Of a DNA stretch of 64,000 nt, positions 48,080 through 60,200 are shown piece by piece. Numbering within the stretch: the first letter of the stretch is position 1; each line of letters begins with the position of its first letter. This DNA comes from Fistulifera solaris (lineage: Eukaryota), in NCBI GenBank assembly GCA_030295235.1, contig AP026146.1:62001-126000 (forward strand), given 5' to 3'. Position numbers and translations under genes: made by a program. The notes under the pieces were generated by a model that saw nothing but the letters and a program-made list of their open reading frames with translations, did not search any database and was not told the DNA's origin.

Positions 48080-48820
48080 CTAAAAATAAAAGACGATCCA
48101 TGCCAGAAAAGTGAAGAAAAAGTAAACTGGATAGAGGGCCAGTAACCGTCGCTCTGGCTTGATATACTGACTGATAAAGAAAGTACTTGTCCGGGTTGAC
48201 CACAGGAACCCAACAGCTACCATGATTAAATCGACCCATGCCCACCGAATGATCACCATGACGGCAGCGACTAGAACCATAGGAAAGATAGAGTAGCCCA
48301 ACACACAAAGGGACTGAAAGAATGAAATCGTGCTACCCAAGAGTTGTGCATTGATTGTCACGATCGTTCCTCCAACCCATACACCGCAAAATACTGCCGC
48401 AAACACCAGAGATGCTTGCTCACTGGGCGCGCGGAAAGACAAACAGATTCCTAGTGCTAAGCACAAAACAAGCGGTCCCCACAAATCCCAATCTTTGAGT
48501 TGCTGCATGATCAATCTGTCATTCTCCGACATTTCCTCAATGTGATCTGGGTTGGCATTGGCATTACTATCTGCCGTATCAACAGCGGCGTAAAATATCG
48601 GCGCTCGGTCCATCGGTCGCATAACTACTTTCAACTTGGCACCAACGGCTCTTACATCTCGCATGATCGTCTCCATGACCGGCTCATCGAGTGTAGAGTA
48701 AGGAGCAAATAACTCGTCCTGGTGTTGCTCAACTGTGGTTGCAGGAATGCCGGACGAATTATATCCGGCGTCATTTGCTGCTGTAGTCCATTCTGGCGCT
48801 GCGCCGCTTGATTGAGCCAT
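48080..48820 (-). CDS. Yip1-domain protein (YIPF6-like)
   Basis: STLDEPVMETIMRD, LKDWDLWGPLVLCL, ISFFQSLCVLGYSIFP and RRLLALYP; five TM segments. Confidence 0.92.
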   Translation of the reverse strand: MAQSSGAAPEWTTAANDAGYNSSGIPATTVEQHQDELFAPYSTLDEPVMETIMRDVRAVGAKLKVVMRPMDRAPIFYAAVDTADSNANANPDHIEEMSENDRLIMQQLKDWDLWGPLVLCLALGICLSFRAPSEQASLVFAAVFCGVWVGGTIVTINAQLLGSTISFFQSLCVLGYSIFPMVLVAAVMVIIRWAWVDLIMVAVGFLWSTRTSTFFISQYIKPERRLLALYPVYFFFTFLAWIVFYF

Positions 48821-49245
48821 GTTGTTGCAAAGAAAGTGCTTAGTTAACGTTTTTGTTGGATGAATAAAACGAAGGTTCTCCCTTGGTGCTTTTGAGTCTT
48901 ATGCTCCTTGCAGCGCTCGCTTTATCGCGTCGCTTCTCGCTCCCCCTTTTCATTTTCAGCCTTTTCAACGCTAACCTACCGGTACTCGGTAATCCAACTT
49001 TACCCCAGTATACCGTGTCTTACCGTCTTCCATTTTTCTATTGTTTTTGGAACTACCAAATCGTACCGGTACGGATTTGATGACACTCCGACCGCGACAG
49101 GAACACCCAACACCCCACGCGAACATGATGACAATGACAAAGACCCGCACACAAAAAAAACTACCGTGAATAATCGAAGTAAAACACAAAGACTAACTTA
49201 ACCTTACAACCAATTTATATTTTGTTCATAAAAGACGACGAAGAC

Positions 49246-50022
49246 ATGGATGCATACTTCGGACCCATCTTTCAATTAGAGCTTCTTGGGCTTCTATGCC
49301 CCTGCATTCAAAAGGAGGAGAATCGAAATGCCGTTCAGGCGGTAAAGTTTCTGCGGGGTAGAGTCGTTAAATGGAACCGGTCTGCTTCTTCTGCCGGCGG
49401 CTTTTCGTTTGGGAAACTCTTTCGATCACCCTCAAAGTCAGAAAATGACACAAAAAGTGGAACAGCAAAAATCAAAATACGTGACAATGAAGATGGAGTT
49501 CCAGCGTTGGTTGTTGATACAACAACCGCACTGGAGGAGCCAACAGTCGTCAACGGTTCCGAAACATTAGACGAAACGATCCCGACTGCACCAAGTATTC
49601 AACTCTCTATCAAGCTCGGTCGTATTGATAAAGTAATCTTAGGGGAGGATGGTGAAATAGTACTTTTGGCAAAACCAATCCGTTCGAACCCGAAGCCAAA
49701 GGAGTTATTGCGTTTCCTGTTGTTGGACGACGCTAACCGCCCTGCCAGAGATGAAGTACGCAATATCTGTCAGCACCATCTCGCTGTTCTAGTTGAGTGG
49801 GAGCGACAAAGACGCTTCGAATTAGATGATCTTTACGACGAAGAGGACGATGAAGAAAATCAACCTAACTTTCTACAAGCTCGTGCTAATAAGGCGGCTC
49901 ACTTTGCGAAACGGGAGGTAGAATTGCAGCAAACGCGGAGAGAGCGAGAACAACGAAAAGCTAAATTCTCTTCTGCCGGTCTTAAGTATACCGCTTTGGC
50001 TATGGCGAACCAACAATCATAG
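49246..50022 (+). CDS. Hypothetical protein with a C-terminal coiled coil
   Basis: 258-aa ATG ORF with a beta-rich middle and a charged helical tail ending GLKYTALAMANQQS. Family not recognised. Confidence 0.7.
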   Translation: MDAYFGPIFQLELLGLLCPCIQKEENRNAVQAVKFLRGRVVKWNRSASSAGGFSFGKLFRSPSKSENDTKSGTAKIKIRDNEDGVPALVVDTTTALEEPTVVNGSETLDETIPTAPSIQLSIKLGRIDKVILGEDGEIVLLAKPIRSNPKPKELLRFLLLDDANRPARDEVRNICQHHLAVLVEWERQRRFELDDLYDEEDDEENQPNFLQARANKAAHFAKREVELQQTRREREQRKAKFSSAGLKYTALAMANQQS

Positions 50023-50356
50023 ACAAGACCATCATTTCGCTATATCCTTGCATCAAACCTTTTCATTGTCATCATTAGAATAATAATATGATTCAAGTCA
50101 TCCAGCTTTTAGACTGATAAAGTATGATTTCAGTTAGTCTTAATAGCGAATTTCACAGAGATTTATGAACTACGGAGTACAAATTAGTATCTAGCTGATG
50201 AAATGATAAAGCCTCATCGAGATCACTTTACCCCTGATGAAGTCCCCATCAAAATGCCCTCTCCTAGAATTGCTAATTCATTGAATCGTACATGCATCAA
50301 TGTAGGTGATCTGACATCTACCACGCAAGATGTAAAAGTCAAGTCCATGAATAAGA

Positions 50357-50759
50357 CTACCACCAATTCTTGTTCTTCCTTTCCGATGTCATGCGGCGCT
50401 GGATTTGGGCGTGATGAAGACGGCCATGTTCACGTGCCACACGAGCCGCTGCTGCCTCTCCTGGACTCATTCCTTGAAATGCAATGGCGTGGTTATCGCG
50501 ATTGGTATTTTTGCGCTGGAGCGCGACCTTGACGTCCTGGTAGTCGAGGCATTCCCGGGGCAAGGGGTTATCATAACAAACCTTTCCAAGCAAATCGAAG
50601 CATGATTTCTGAGTAAGAGGGCTGGAAGGGGGAGTCATCGAGTCATCTGACACCATCTCTTCCTCTGAAAGAAAAGGCATCGTGAGTGCAATGAAATTGT
50701 CGCCATGCGCCGCTCCTTTGAACTTCTCACTTACGCAAAAGGTCTGGTTCATTCTTCAT
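50357..50759 (-). CDS. Small hypothetical protein; exons 50735-50759 and 50357-50664
   Basis: A gtaagt...tttcag intron (50665-50734) gives MKNEPDLLQEEMVSDDSMTPPSSP...MSPGEAAAARVAREH...NWW*. Confidence 0.6.
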
Positions 50760-51327
50760 ACTGTGATGACGGGCGATTGTGTATGAGTATTCGTTCATGA
50801 TGCCGTTTGATGGATTTCTAAGCTTTCAAGATCTGAGGAGATGAGAGAAGTGAGATCCAGAAAAGTAAGAGAAAAGAAAAGAACAACAGGAAAGAAATTA
50901 TGCTTCACCTTTCTCGCAAACGTACAAAACCTACGTGAAGACACGTAGAAAATTTCCGCCACACGATCTCGTACTGTTTTACTGAGCATCGCGTAGAACA
51001 AAGGGCATGTACTTTGACGTCCACAGTCTGAATGATAGTTAGACGAATGGGTGTCAAACCGTGTCAGCTATAGCAAGTAAGTATGTGTCTGCTATCGTAC
51101 CAGCACCCAGCACTCTCACTTCAACTTTGTGACGTGTTCCGTGTCATACCACTACTACCGGTTGATGGACAAGCGATAACGTCCGCCTCGTATCTTTTCG
51201 ACCACTCTGATCTGAGAGCTGCGAGAGCATTGAGCACTGATCACTGAACATAATCAGCAACGAGAGCAACTCGAGGGCAACAAGCAACTTGCGCACTTAC
51301 AAAACACAATACATTGACAATTTTATC

Positions 51328-53357
51328 ATGACCGAACAGTCGAAAGCAGATGAGGGACAGCAGAAAAAGCCCGAACGCATAGTCGCGGTTCCGACGTGTC
51401 CCAGCGCCGTCTCAACAGCACTTTTGTTGCTTCGAGCAGCCATCTCCGGTGTTACAGGGGCGGCGGCTTGCGATCAAAATATCTCCCTCTTGCAAGCAAC
51501 TTATGTAAAAGACAAGCGACTGACAGGAAAATTCGCAGTTCAGCTGGGCAAAAAAACTGGAGCATGCGAGCTGGATCTTTCGGAAGACAAAGTTGAAATT
51601 GAGGCTTTATTGAATGCTATTGAAGCAGTTGCCAATCGCCTAGCAAGCGAAGATAATGTAATTCATTGCTCAAAGGTTTCCAAGAGCGACATCATCAATC
51701 TGTTCGGAAGCGACGGGAACGGTGTTCTGGATGGGTCACATGCCAATGAAAAGAAAGTGCCTCCTGAAACGATCCTCAATTTGGCGTATTTGAAAAGCGG
51801 AGAAGTAGTAGCAGCTGCCGCGCTTCCTTCAGTCCCGTTGGCTCGCACGGGACTTGTACCACGTATTGAGCTCGATCGAAGCAACTGCAGTGTCGTCGCC
51901 AATAAAAAAGAAAGCTGAAATCAGCCTGAAATTCGAAGTTATGGGTATTGGAAATGATGATACTCAGGAACTGGCGGTTGTGCAAGAACAACTATTAGCT
52001 ATTGACGTCACATTGATCCAATCGAAAGCGATTAGATGTCCAGAGGGGACTATCCTTCGAGAAACTCAGTTAAGGGTAGCAGCTAAGATGGAGGAGACAT
52101 CTGCATCTAAAGATGAACCGCCTGTGGCGACTACTGAGAGCAACGAAATGGTTGTGAATGCTTATGAAGTGAAAGGGAAGATAGACTATGAAAAGCTTGT
52201 GAATGAGTTTGGTTCTACGGTTATCTCTGATCAAGTGATGAGAAAGTTGTACGACTTGACCGTAGCCAAAGGCCGCGTTCCCTGCCTCCATCGCTTCCTA
52301 CGACGTGATATTTTCTTTTCCCATCGTGACTTGGAGGTTTTGTTAGATCAAGTGTCGAATGGAACACCTCTGTATTTGTACACGGGACGCGGGCCAAGCT
52401 CAGAGTCTATGCATCTTGGCCATTTGATTCCTTTCTTGTTTACGCAATGGTTGCAGAAAGCTCTTGATGTGCCCTTGGTGATTCAAATGACCGACGACGA
52501 AAAGTTTCTCTTTAAAGGCATATACGAAGATGAAACGGGAGATAATCTGGATAATTTCTCAAGGCTGACAATCGAGAATGCTCGAGATATAATTGCGTGT
52601 GGGTTCGACTTCGAGAAAACGTTTCTTTTCTCCGATCTCGACTACGTAGGGCGGATGTACCCCAATGTTGTACGAATTTGGAAGGCAGTAACGACCAATA
52701 AGGTTTCCAACATATTTGGCTTTGACGGCAGCAGCAATATTGGCAAGATCGCTTTTCCGGCTATCCAAGCTGCGCCGTCTTTCGCCAGCTCGTTCCCTAC
52801 CGTGTTGCAAGCCGATCGATCCTCCGACATGCTATGCCTGATACCTTGTGCGATCGACCAAGATCCTTACTTTCGCATGACGCGTGACATCGCGCACAAG
52901 TTGGTGCACAAACAGCACAAACTTGGAGGCAAACCAGCTTTGATCCACTCAAAATTCTTTCCTCCTCTCCAGGGTGCCTTGGGGAAAATGTCAAGCTCTG
53001 ACCAAAATTCTGCTATATTTCTCACCGATACAGCGGAAGAAATTCAATACAAGATCAAACACCACGCCCTGTCAGGGAGGCCAAGAAAAAGCTGCTGATC
53101 AAAGAAAGTTCGGGGCCAATCTTGAGGTGGACGTTGCTTATCAGTGGCTACGATTCTTTCTTGAAGATGACGATGAATTGGTGAGGATCGGAGACGAGTA
53201 TAGCAGCGGGCAAGGAGAGTACTGGTGCACCTCGAAAGTCAAGGATCGCTTGGCGTCAGTATTGCAAGAACTTGTTGCTGAGCACCAGAAACGTCGAGCC
53301 GAAGTGACAGACTACGAGGTGCGCAAGTGGATGAGCGAAAGGAAACTGGCCTTTTAA
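51328..53357 (+). CDS. WARS: Cytosolic tryptophanyl-tRNA synthetase with an N-terminal extension of about 270 aa; frameshifts near 51905 and 53075
   Basis: [50 protein letters not shown] and KMSSS motifs of eukaryote/archaeal-type TrpRS. Confidence 0.95.
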
Positions 53358-53517
53358 GGTTGACAGTAGCAGCGAGCTCTATTGGTGAGAGAATAACGTA
53401 AATATCGTTTTTAGTAGTGAAGGAAAAGACTAAGCTCCATACACTTATTTCTTAGAAGAGCTACAGGATATAAATTTGCGGATAGGTGCAGATTTTGTGC
53501 CAGACACATAATTATGC

Positions 53518-56042
53518 TTACGTTCTCGTACGGTCTTTGATTTGGAGCACTCCTCTGCCGGACGGAGGTGGCATTTGCAGAGAGCTCGTTCCACTATGTG
53601 TTCCGTAAGTCGACGAGGGCAAAGTAATCTGTCCGCGTTCGCCAGTGACGACGGCCGCAGAGTTAGATGAGGGGCCATGGAATGAAGCAGATCGCAGGAA
53701 AGACTGAGTTGCAAAACCACCATTGCCGTTCATGTTCTGCTCTCGTGTAACACCCAACGCTCGCGTCTCTTCTGAAAGAGATGGTGCAGTAGTAGTGTTC
53801 TGCGCAACGGTGGAACCGTCTATACTTGTAATTTCTGTAGCTGACCGTGCCTTGGCGTCCACATACGATGATAATGCCAGGTAGTGTGTTATCCGCGAGT
53901 CCGTGCTCAATGGAAATAATAAAACAAAGTGCCGAAACAATTCGCCGCTCTTTTGCTGTTGATGAGATAAGCTGCAGTCGGTCGCTTGTAACGAATTTCG
54001 TCCATCATGTAATGTAAATGGCTTGTGCTTGAGTCAGAGTTTTGAAGAATTGAACAAGACTCCTTACCAACTACTTCTTCCGCACTGTACCCTGTCATTT
54101 CTTCCCATTTCTGATTCACCTGCATAATGGTGTAAGGGGGCTCAGCCAAAGTCATCACCATGGGCTTATCGAATGCTCGTTGACATGTTTGAACTGTATT
54201 GGGAATCACTGAGAAACCATCCGAGCCGGCAGCCTGCTTCAACTGGAGCATGAATGCCATGACATCGAACATAAGCTCAAAGCCAGTAATTTTGTGTGCG
54301 TTGTTGAATTTGCAGCACAACATTCCTTGCTTGACGACCTCAGTTCGAGCCCCATATTGAACGGCATTAGTCGTTGACATAATCCACCTCGCCATCATTT
54401 GGTTTCCAGCAACGACGGCTTCCTCTGTCACCAGGGTGTACCGAAACGAAATTTTTGCGGTTGGAAATCTTTTCCTATCGACAAGAGACGTGAACAAAAC
54501 ATGGAGCGATGCAGTATCTGCCATGATTGCATCGATTCCTAATATTGTTCTTTGGCATCGTGAAACTTGCACCTCACTGGCGGGGAACGAACGATAGGGC
54601 GTGACTGGCATGACACAGGCAAAGCAGCTTTCGTCGAGGATACTTTCCCATAGGGACCTCCGCTTTTCATTGGTAGATCTCAAGGAGAAAAATGACATCA
54701 AAACTTCGGTTCTCGTGTTGTGCATCTCTACGAGGAGATTCGCTGCACCAGTTCGTTCCGACATGAGTGTATCTCGTTCGCGACAAAGATCATCGACAGT
54801 TGTTTGCAATTTCTCAAGATAGGCTTTCTTTCGTCGCCTTGTGTTTCGGGCGTGTTCCCTATTTCGATCGCGGTTGGTCTTTGCTTTGTCTCCGACAGAA
54901 TCGTCTTGTCCATCACTTAGATCTCCAGCGTCGTCAAGAATACTATCAAGCTTCAAACAAACTTTCGTTTTTGATATTTCCCCATCGGTGTCGCTTGCGG
55001 AAACAATTCCAGAGGCAACAATGCCGGTAGGCACGACGGTCGAAATGGTCGACTGAGTTGGCGACTGTATACTCTTATTCGTCTTTAGTTTCTTCTGGGG
55101 AGGTTGCGACTTCATTTTACCTTGCGTTACTGTTGGTGGTCTTGTTGTCTTTGGAGCAGGACCTGCAGCAATAGTCACTTGAGGTATTGAACGCGGTTGT
55201 TGATGAGCTTGCTTCTCTTGAATATTAATGAGCTGCTGCAATTGCTGTTGAACTTGGTGTTGCTGCGACTGAGTACCTTGCTGATGTTGAGATTGCATCT
55301 GCAGTTGCGGTTGTTGCTGTGCTGCTTGCATTGACTGCATTTGAGCAAACTGTAACTGCTGCAAAAACGCACTGGGATCGGTAGTGTACATGAGCGGCAT
55401 TTGCTGAGCCTGCTGCTGACTCGATTGCATCAACAAGCTCGACAGCATGTTTGCTTGTTGTTGCTGTTGCTGACTCGCATGGGAATCTGTAGATTGCTGC
55501 TGCTTCTGTTGTTGCGACTGTGACTGCGACAAAGCCAGCGACTGATTTGATTGCAAGGACATTTTATTAGACGACTGTGGAAGCAATCCTCCAGCTTGAG
55601 CTTGCTGTGCAAGTAACTGAGCAAAGTTTGCAGCAAGTAGATTGTGGGTGCTTTGGTTTCCTATTTGAGGCATCTGCTCCTGTCGGCAATTGTCCGTACT
55701 ACGCTGCGACGTCCCAGCATTAGCGGAAATCGACGATGAATTCGTATTAAGTTCTCTCTGCGAAAAATTCGAGATTGGAGTTGGAAGTGGTAATTGAAGG
55801 GTCAGGTTGGTGTCCTGGTTGATAGATCTAACATTACCGTCAACATTGGACGAATGAAAGTTGGAACCAACAAAAACTGGACCGTTTTCTGGCGGAGCCG
55901 ACCCCGACGTCGAACTTCCGAAATCTCGGTCGCGAAGGGCTGCGGACATGGCGGCGACATTTCCATTTACCGCATCATTGCCCTGTTCATCATCGTCCCA
56001 GGACAGAATGCTACCAAGTGCACCAATATCGTCATCGTTGTC
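53518..56042 (-). CDS. bZIP-PAS transcription factor with a polyQ region; frameshift near 53950; first exon uncertain (about 56090)
   Basis: Basic region and zipper NRDRNREHARNTRRRKKAYLEKLQTTVDDL. PAS domain PMVMTLAEPPYTIMQVNQKWEEMTGYSAEEVVGKESCSILQ. Branch point ctaac and cag acceptor at about 56043. Confidence 0.9.
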
Positions 56043-57268
56043 CTGCGCAAAAAAAGTGAAGAGTTAGTAAACTCAAACGATAAATACTCCATGATAACGA
56101 ATAAGTTTCAAGGATGTGGATGAATGATGTAGATTGTTTTCATAATAGATGGAAAGCAAACTTTCAAACACGTTGTTGTGAAGAAGGGTAAGGATTCCCG
56201 TTTTCGCTTAGCAGCTGCTCGGACAACAGTCTTGACACTTTGGGCCAAATAGTAGTATAAGACAAAGTGTACTCAACACGAACACCCAGCTGCAACTCGT
56301 CAGAACGCCTGCCAGTTTTGCAAAATACACAGTATTCCGCCTTGCAGTAACCCGTACCACGTTCGCATAGTAACGGACGGAACATGACCGTGTCGTCTCG
56401 CTATAATCTGTACACACAGGGGTACCAATCCGATTTCAGGTTTCTGCGGTGAAATCGTTGTGAAGCGCCACGGAGTGCACCATGGGATGAAAGTCGACTC
56501 TTCTTGAATCTCAATGCAGAAAATCATTTCTTCTTAAAACACTCATCATTCAACTGTTGCGTAATGATGACAAGCAGAAGATAATGTGCCATTTTTCACG
56601 GAAGACAAACTTTGAAAATTCCCAAAACAAGTTGACCGCGCTCACGCCATCATCATGGGACTTACATCGTCGAGATCGTTGCTATCCGCCAAGCTATTAT
56701 AAAGGTGATGTGCCATTGTTCATTCAATGTTTATTTTTCGTGATAATGGATTGTTTCTTGACTCTCAATTTGTATTCGGGCGTAATCACATTACTTCGTT
56801 GCGTTGTAAGCAAAGGTCGAAGCCTAAAAACGCGCTTGACAAGAGTGTCTGCTGTCCATCTGTTCACGTGATAGAATCTGCCGGATGGCAGCAGCCCGCT
56901 GTTAGGCCTACTACATTGTGGTTGACAGTTAAACGAGGTTCCAAAACACAAGCATATGCGCTACTGTCCTTCACAAAGTACTTGGCATAGTGGAAAAGAC
57001 ATGACACCGTACTTTTCATTGCAGAGGAACCATGTCGGTGGAATGTGGAATTCCCATGTGTGTTTATTATATAGAATTTAACTATATGTCGTACAGGTCC
57101 CGCCTAATTTATCACGTACTTACGTCGCCCGTGCCTTGCGATTGCGGATTGCGGACTGACTATTTTTCTTGTTGCGTTCCATGTTTCACGTCAAGAACAG
57201 AACAATCAATGGAACTAAGGCAACGAATTCAACTTCTTGACGAAAGTGTATAATTCACAGGCGCCACA

Positions 57269-60200
57269 ATGGCTTCATCAGCTGTTAGTTCCTCGTTGGA
57301 TTTTGAGGCGCTGTTGACGAGAGACTACCGTCCCGCACGGGTGACAGAGTTGAATCCTCGCGATCTGTACCGCCCGTCGAGTATGAAGTCGCATCTCAAT
57401 AAAGCGTCAACAGCTGCTTTGACCGCTGACATCCTTGGGGAAAGTGAAAAGGCGCAAGAAGATGAAGCTTCTCGAATTGTTCTTTCTCTTGTCACGCAAA
57501 CGCGTGCTTTCACTCGACATCTTGGCATAGAACCTGGATCTAATCCTCCCTCGAAAGTAATTTCTAATTTCCTGACAAGTCAACGGCAAGTGAGAAGAGA
57601 CTTTTCTAGACTGGATAAAATAGATCCTTTATTTCATGAAATCGAGCTTGGAGAATGGGAAAATCAAATCAATTGGGGGGGCTCTCTGCTGTTCCGAGCG
57701 CAGATCGAGATGCTTTGCCGAAAGCCGGTTCATTTTTGGGACGGCGGCGTAACCCTTATCTTGAAAGTTTAGAACTAGACGAAACTACCGTGTGTTGGGA
57801 CGGTGATAGAGAAAAGCTGCTTGCAAAAGCCAAGGAGGTACCGCTGATCTTGGAGCTTGGGGTAGCAGGGCTGTCCGTCGCGAAGCATGTGTATCAACAT
57901 ACCGTGTTATCTGCTCAGCGTCCTGTTCCGGCACTTAAATCCGATGAGTACCAGGATCGTCTCGACAGAGAAATAAATGGTCCGATTACTTCAACAGCCG
58001 AGCTGTCAAAGTCGTTGCACACAGACAAGGAAAAATGGAAGCTCTGATCGAAGCTAGACAGAGGAAACGAGCTCAAATGGCCAAAGACAAAACTAGTCGC
58101 GTCACGGAAGCCATGGGAACACTCGCGTTGGGCGGCGGTCGTGGCCGTACAATCACGTCCTCCTTGATGGGCCCCGGTGGAACCGAACGTACTGGTAGGC
58201 CAACTAGAGCGGCCAATTCCTCGGCAGCTCACGAACGAGAATACGTTGAACAGCTTGATTTGGTAAACAGCCACACCATTGTGAGAGATCTTTCTACGGT
58301 GATGCAGCGACAGTACCATCGACCCAAGTTGCCTCTAAGCGTCTCAAGACAAGACCTGTCCTGGCAGTTTCAAATTCGCTACTGCGCGAAGACATCGGCA
58401 AACAGTGGCAAGGAAGGAGCACCAAGCTCATCGGCATCATACACGATGATGATGGGGAGTACCCCAGGCGCGCTTTCAAAAGTCAAAATTCGTACTGAGG
58501 CTGATCTGAGTCCCACTGAGGGTAATCTTGTTCTTGTAGAATATACTGAAGAACGTCCACCAATACAACTAACGAAAGGAATGGCATTCAAAATTGTAAA
58601 CTACTATCGTGGAGACAAAGCCCATTGTCCTGTGTCCGCTGGTGGTGGCGATCGACCTGCTAGACGAAAAACACAGACAGAAAGCCGAGGTACTTTTCGA
58701 GGCAGTGGCTCTATGTTACCTAAGCGTTTAGAAACAGCTGATAAAGAGATAGATATCCAGGAATGGGTGGGGAAAATTCCAAAGCGAGCGCACAAGGAGC
58801 ACGTCGAAAAAGAGGCATTTGATGTATTACCTGAGGGTGTTACTGAAATACTCCATCCAAAGGTGCACGGTCCTTTTATCGGAGAAATCGAAAATGGCAC
58901 GACCTTGACGGGAATTGTGAGCAATTTATTCGTTGCTCCAATGGGTTGGCATGAACCAGAGTCAACCGATTTTCTGTTAATTTTGACTCCAGGCTCAGGC
59001 GCTTCAAAGGCTGGTCAACGAGAGAGTTTGGGCGTTGTTTTGCGCGATTTACCGGCGTCATGCTTCACTGTGGGTCAGATTCTCCCCCGCGCGAAAGTTT
59101 ATGCCCCAAATACACAAGGAGAAAAAAGCTTTTACTGGACCATACATTTCTTATTTGTGTGCTAGGGTAATTGCACGATCCCAGGCACGGGAAGGGCGCG
59201 GCTTAACTCTTAACGAAATTCAGGAGCGAGTTCTGCCTTACCTCGATTTGCCTCCTAATGCTTTACGACAAAGGTTAAAACAAGTTGCCGTCTCCGACAA
59301 TAGTACATGGACACTGAAGCAGATTGGTTTTGAGGACTTTCCAGGGCTGGATTCTCTAGGGAAGTCCATCTCACCAGAGGGTATAGCAGCGTTTGAAACT
59401 GCTCTTGCAGCCAGTCAGCGGCTAGCTGATTTGGGTATTCATCATCTAGTTGAAAGGGGATCGCATACTGTTGTCAGTGTCGGTGTTGCCATGGTTTATC
59501 TTGCTGGCCATCTACATGCGACGAAGGATCTAGCGAGAAAGATGAAGAAGCTCTCTGAAATCAGCAAAACGAATAAGAGCATCCAGGGTATCCAGGCGAA
59601 ATTCTACGAGAAGGCAGCGAACGAGCTCGACAGTTATTACAAAACGCTTCGCCAAAAATACGAGGTAGCTCAATTCATTTTTGAGGAGCTCCAGCTGGCT
59701 CCGTGGCATCTGACCGTTGAATTTATTGATGTTCACAAAAAGGTGAAGGAACTGGTATGATGAAACTAACTGGCCTAGGAGACCCCAGTGGAATGGGCGA
59801 GGGCTTTAGTTTTCTCCGTGAAGCGGACTCCAAACCAAGCAAGTCTGTAGGTAACGCAGCCTTGAACTCACAGATTAAAAAAGATCACCGGAACGGAAAA
59901 TGATTTGCGAAAACTTACAATGAAACAGATGGCTGCCCTGTTAAGGTCTTATGGCATGCCACAAAAGAAAATTGATACTTTGAAGCGATGGGATCGCGTG
60001 CATGTCATTCGAGACCTGTCCACAAAAGCTGCAAGCGATGGAGTTGGCGATGGACTTGAACGCTTTGCACGTGGTGAAAAAATGAAACTTTCTGAACAGA
60101 AACAAATGTATCAAGACCGCGTTCAGGTTATTTGGAAACGGCAGCTGGCTATGCTTGCAAGTGACCTGGGGGAGAGAGGTGCTGCTATCGACACAGGGGC

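Noticed and set aside
53518..56042. Aureochrome call for the bZIP-PAS gene
   Set aside because: It lacks the canonical GRNCRFLQ LOV motif and has an extra domain between the bZIP and the PAS.
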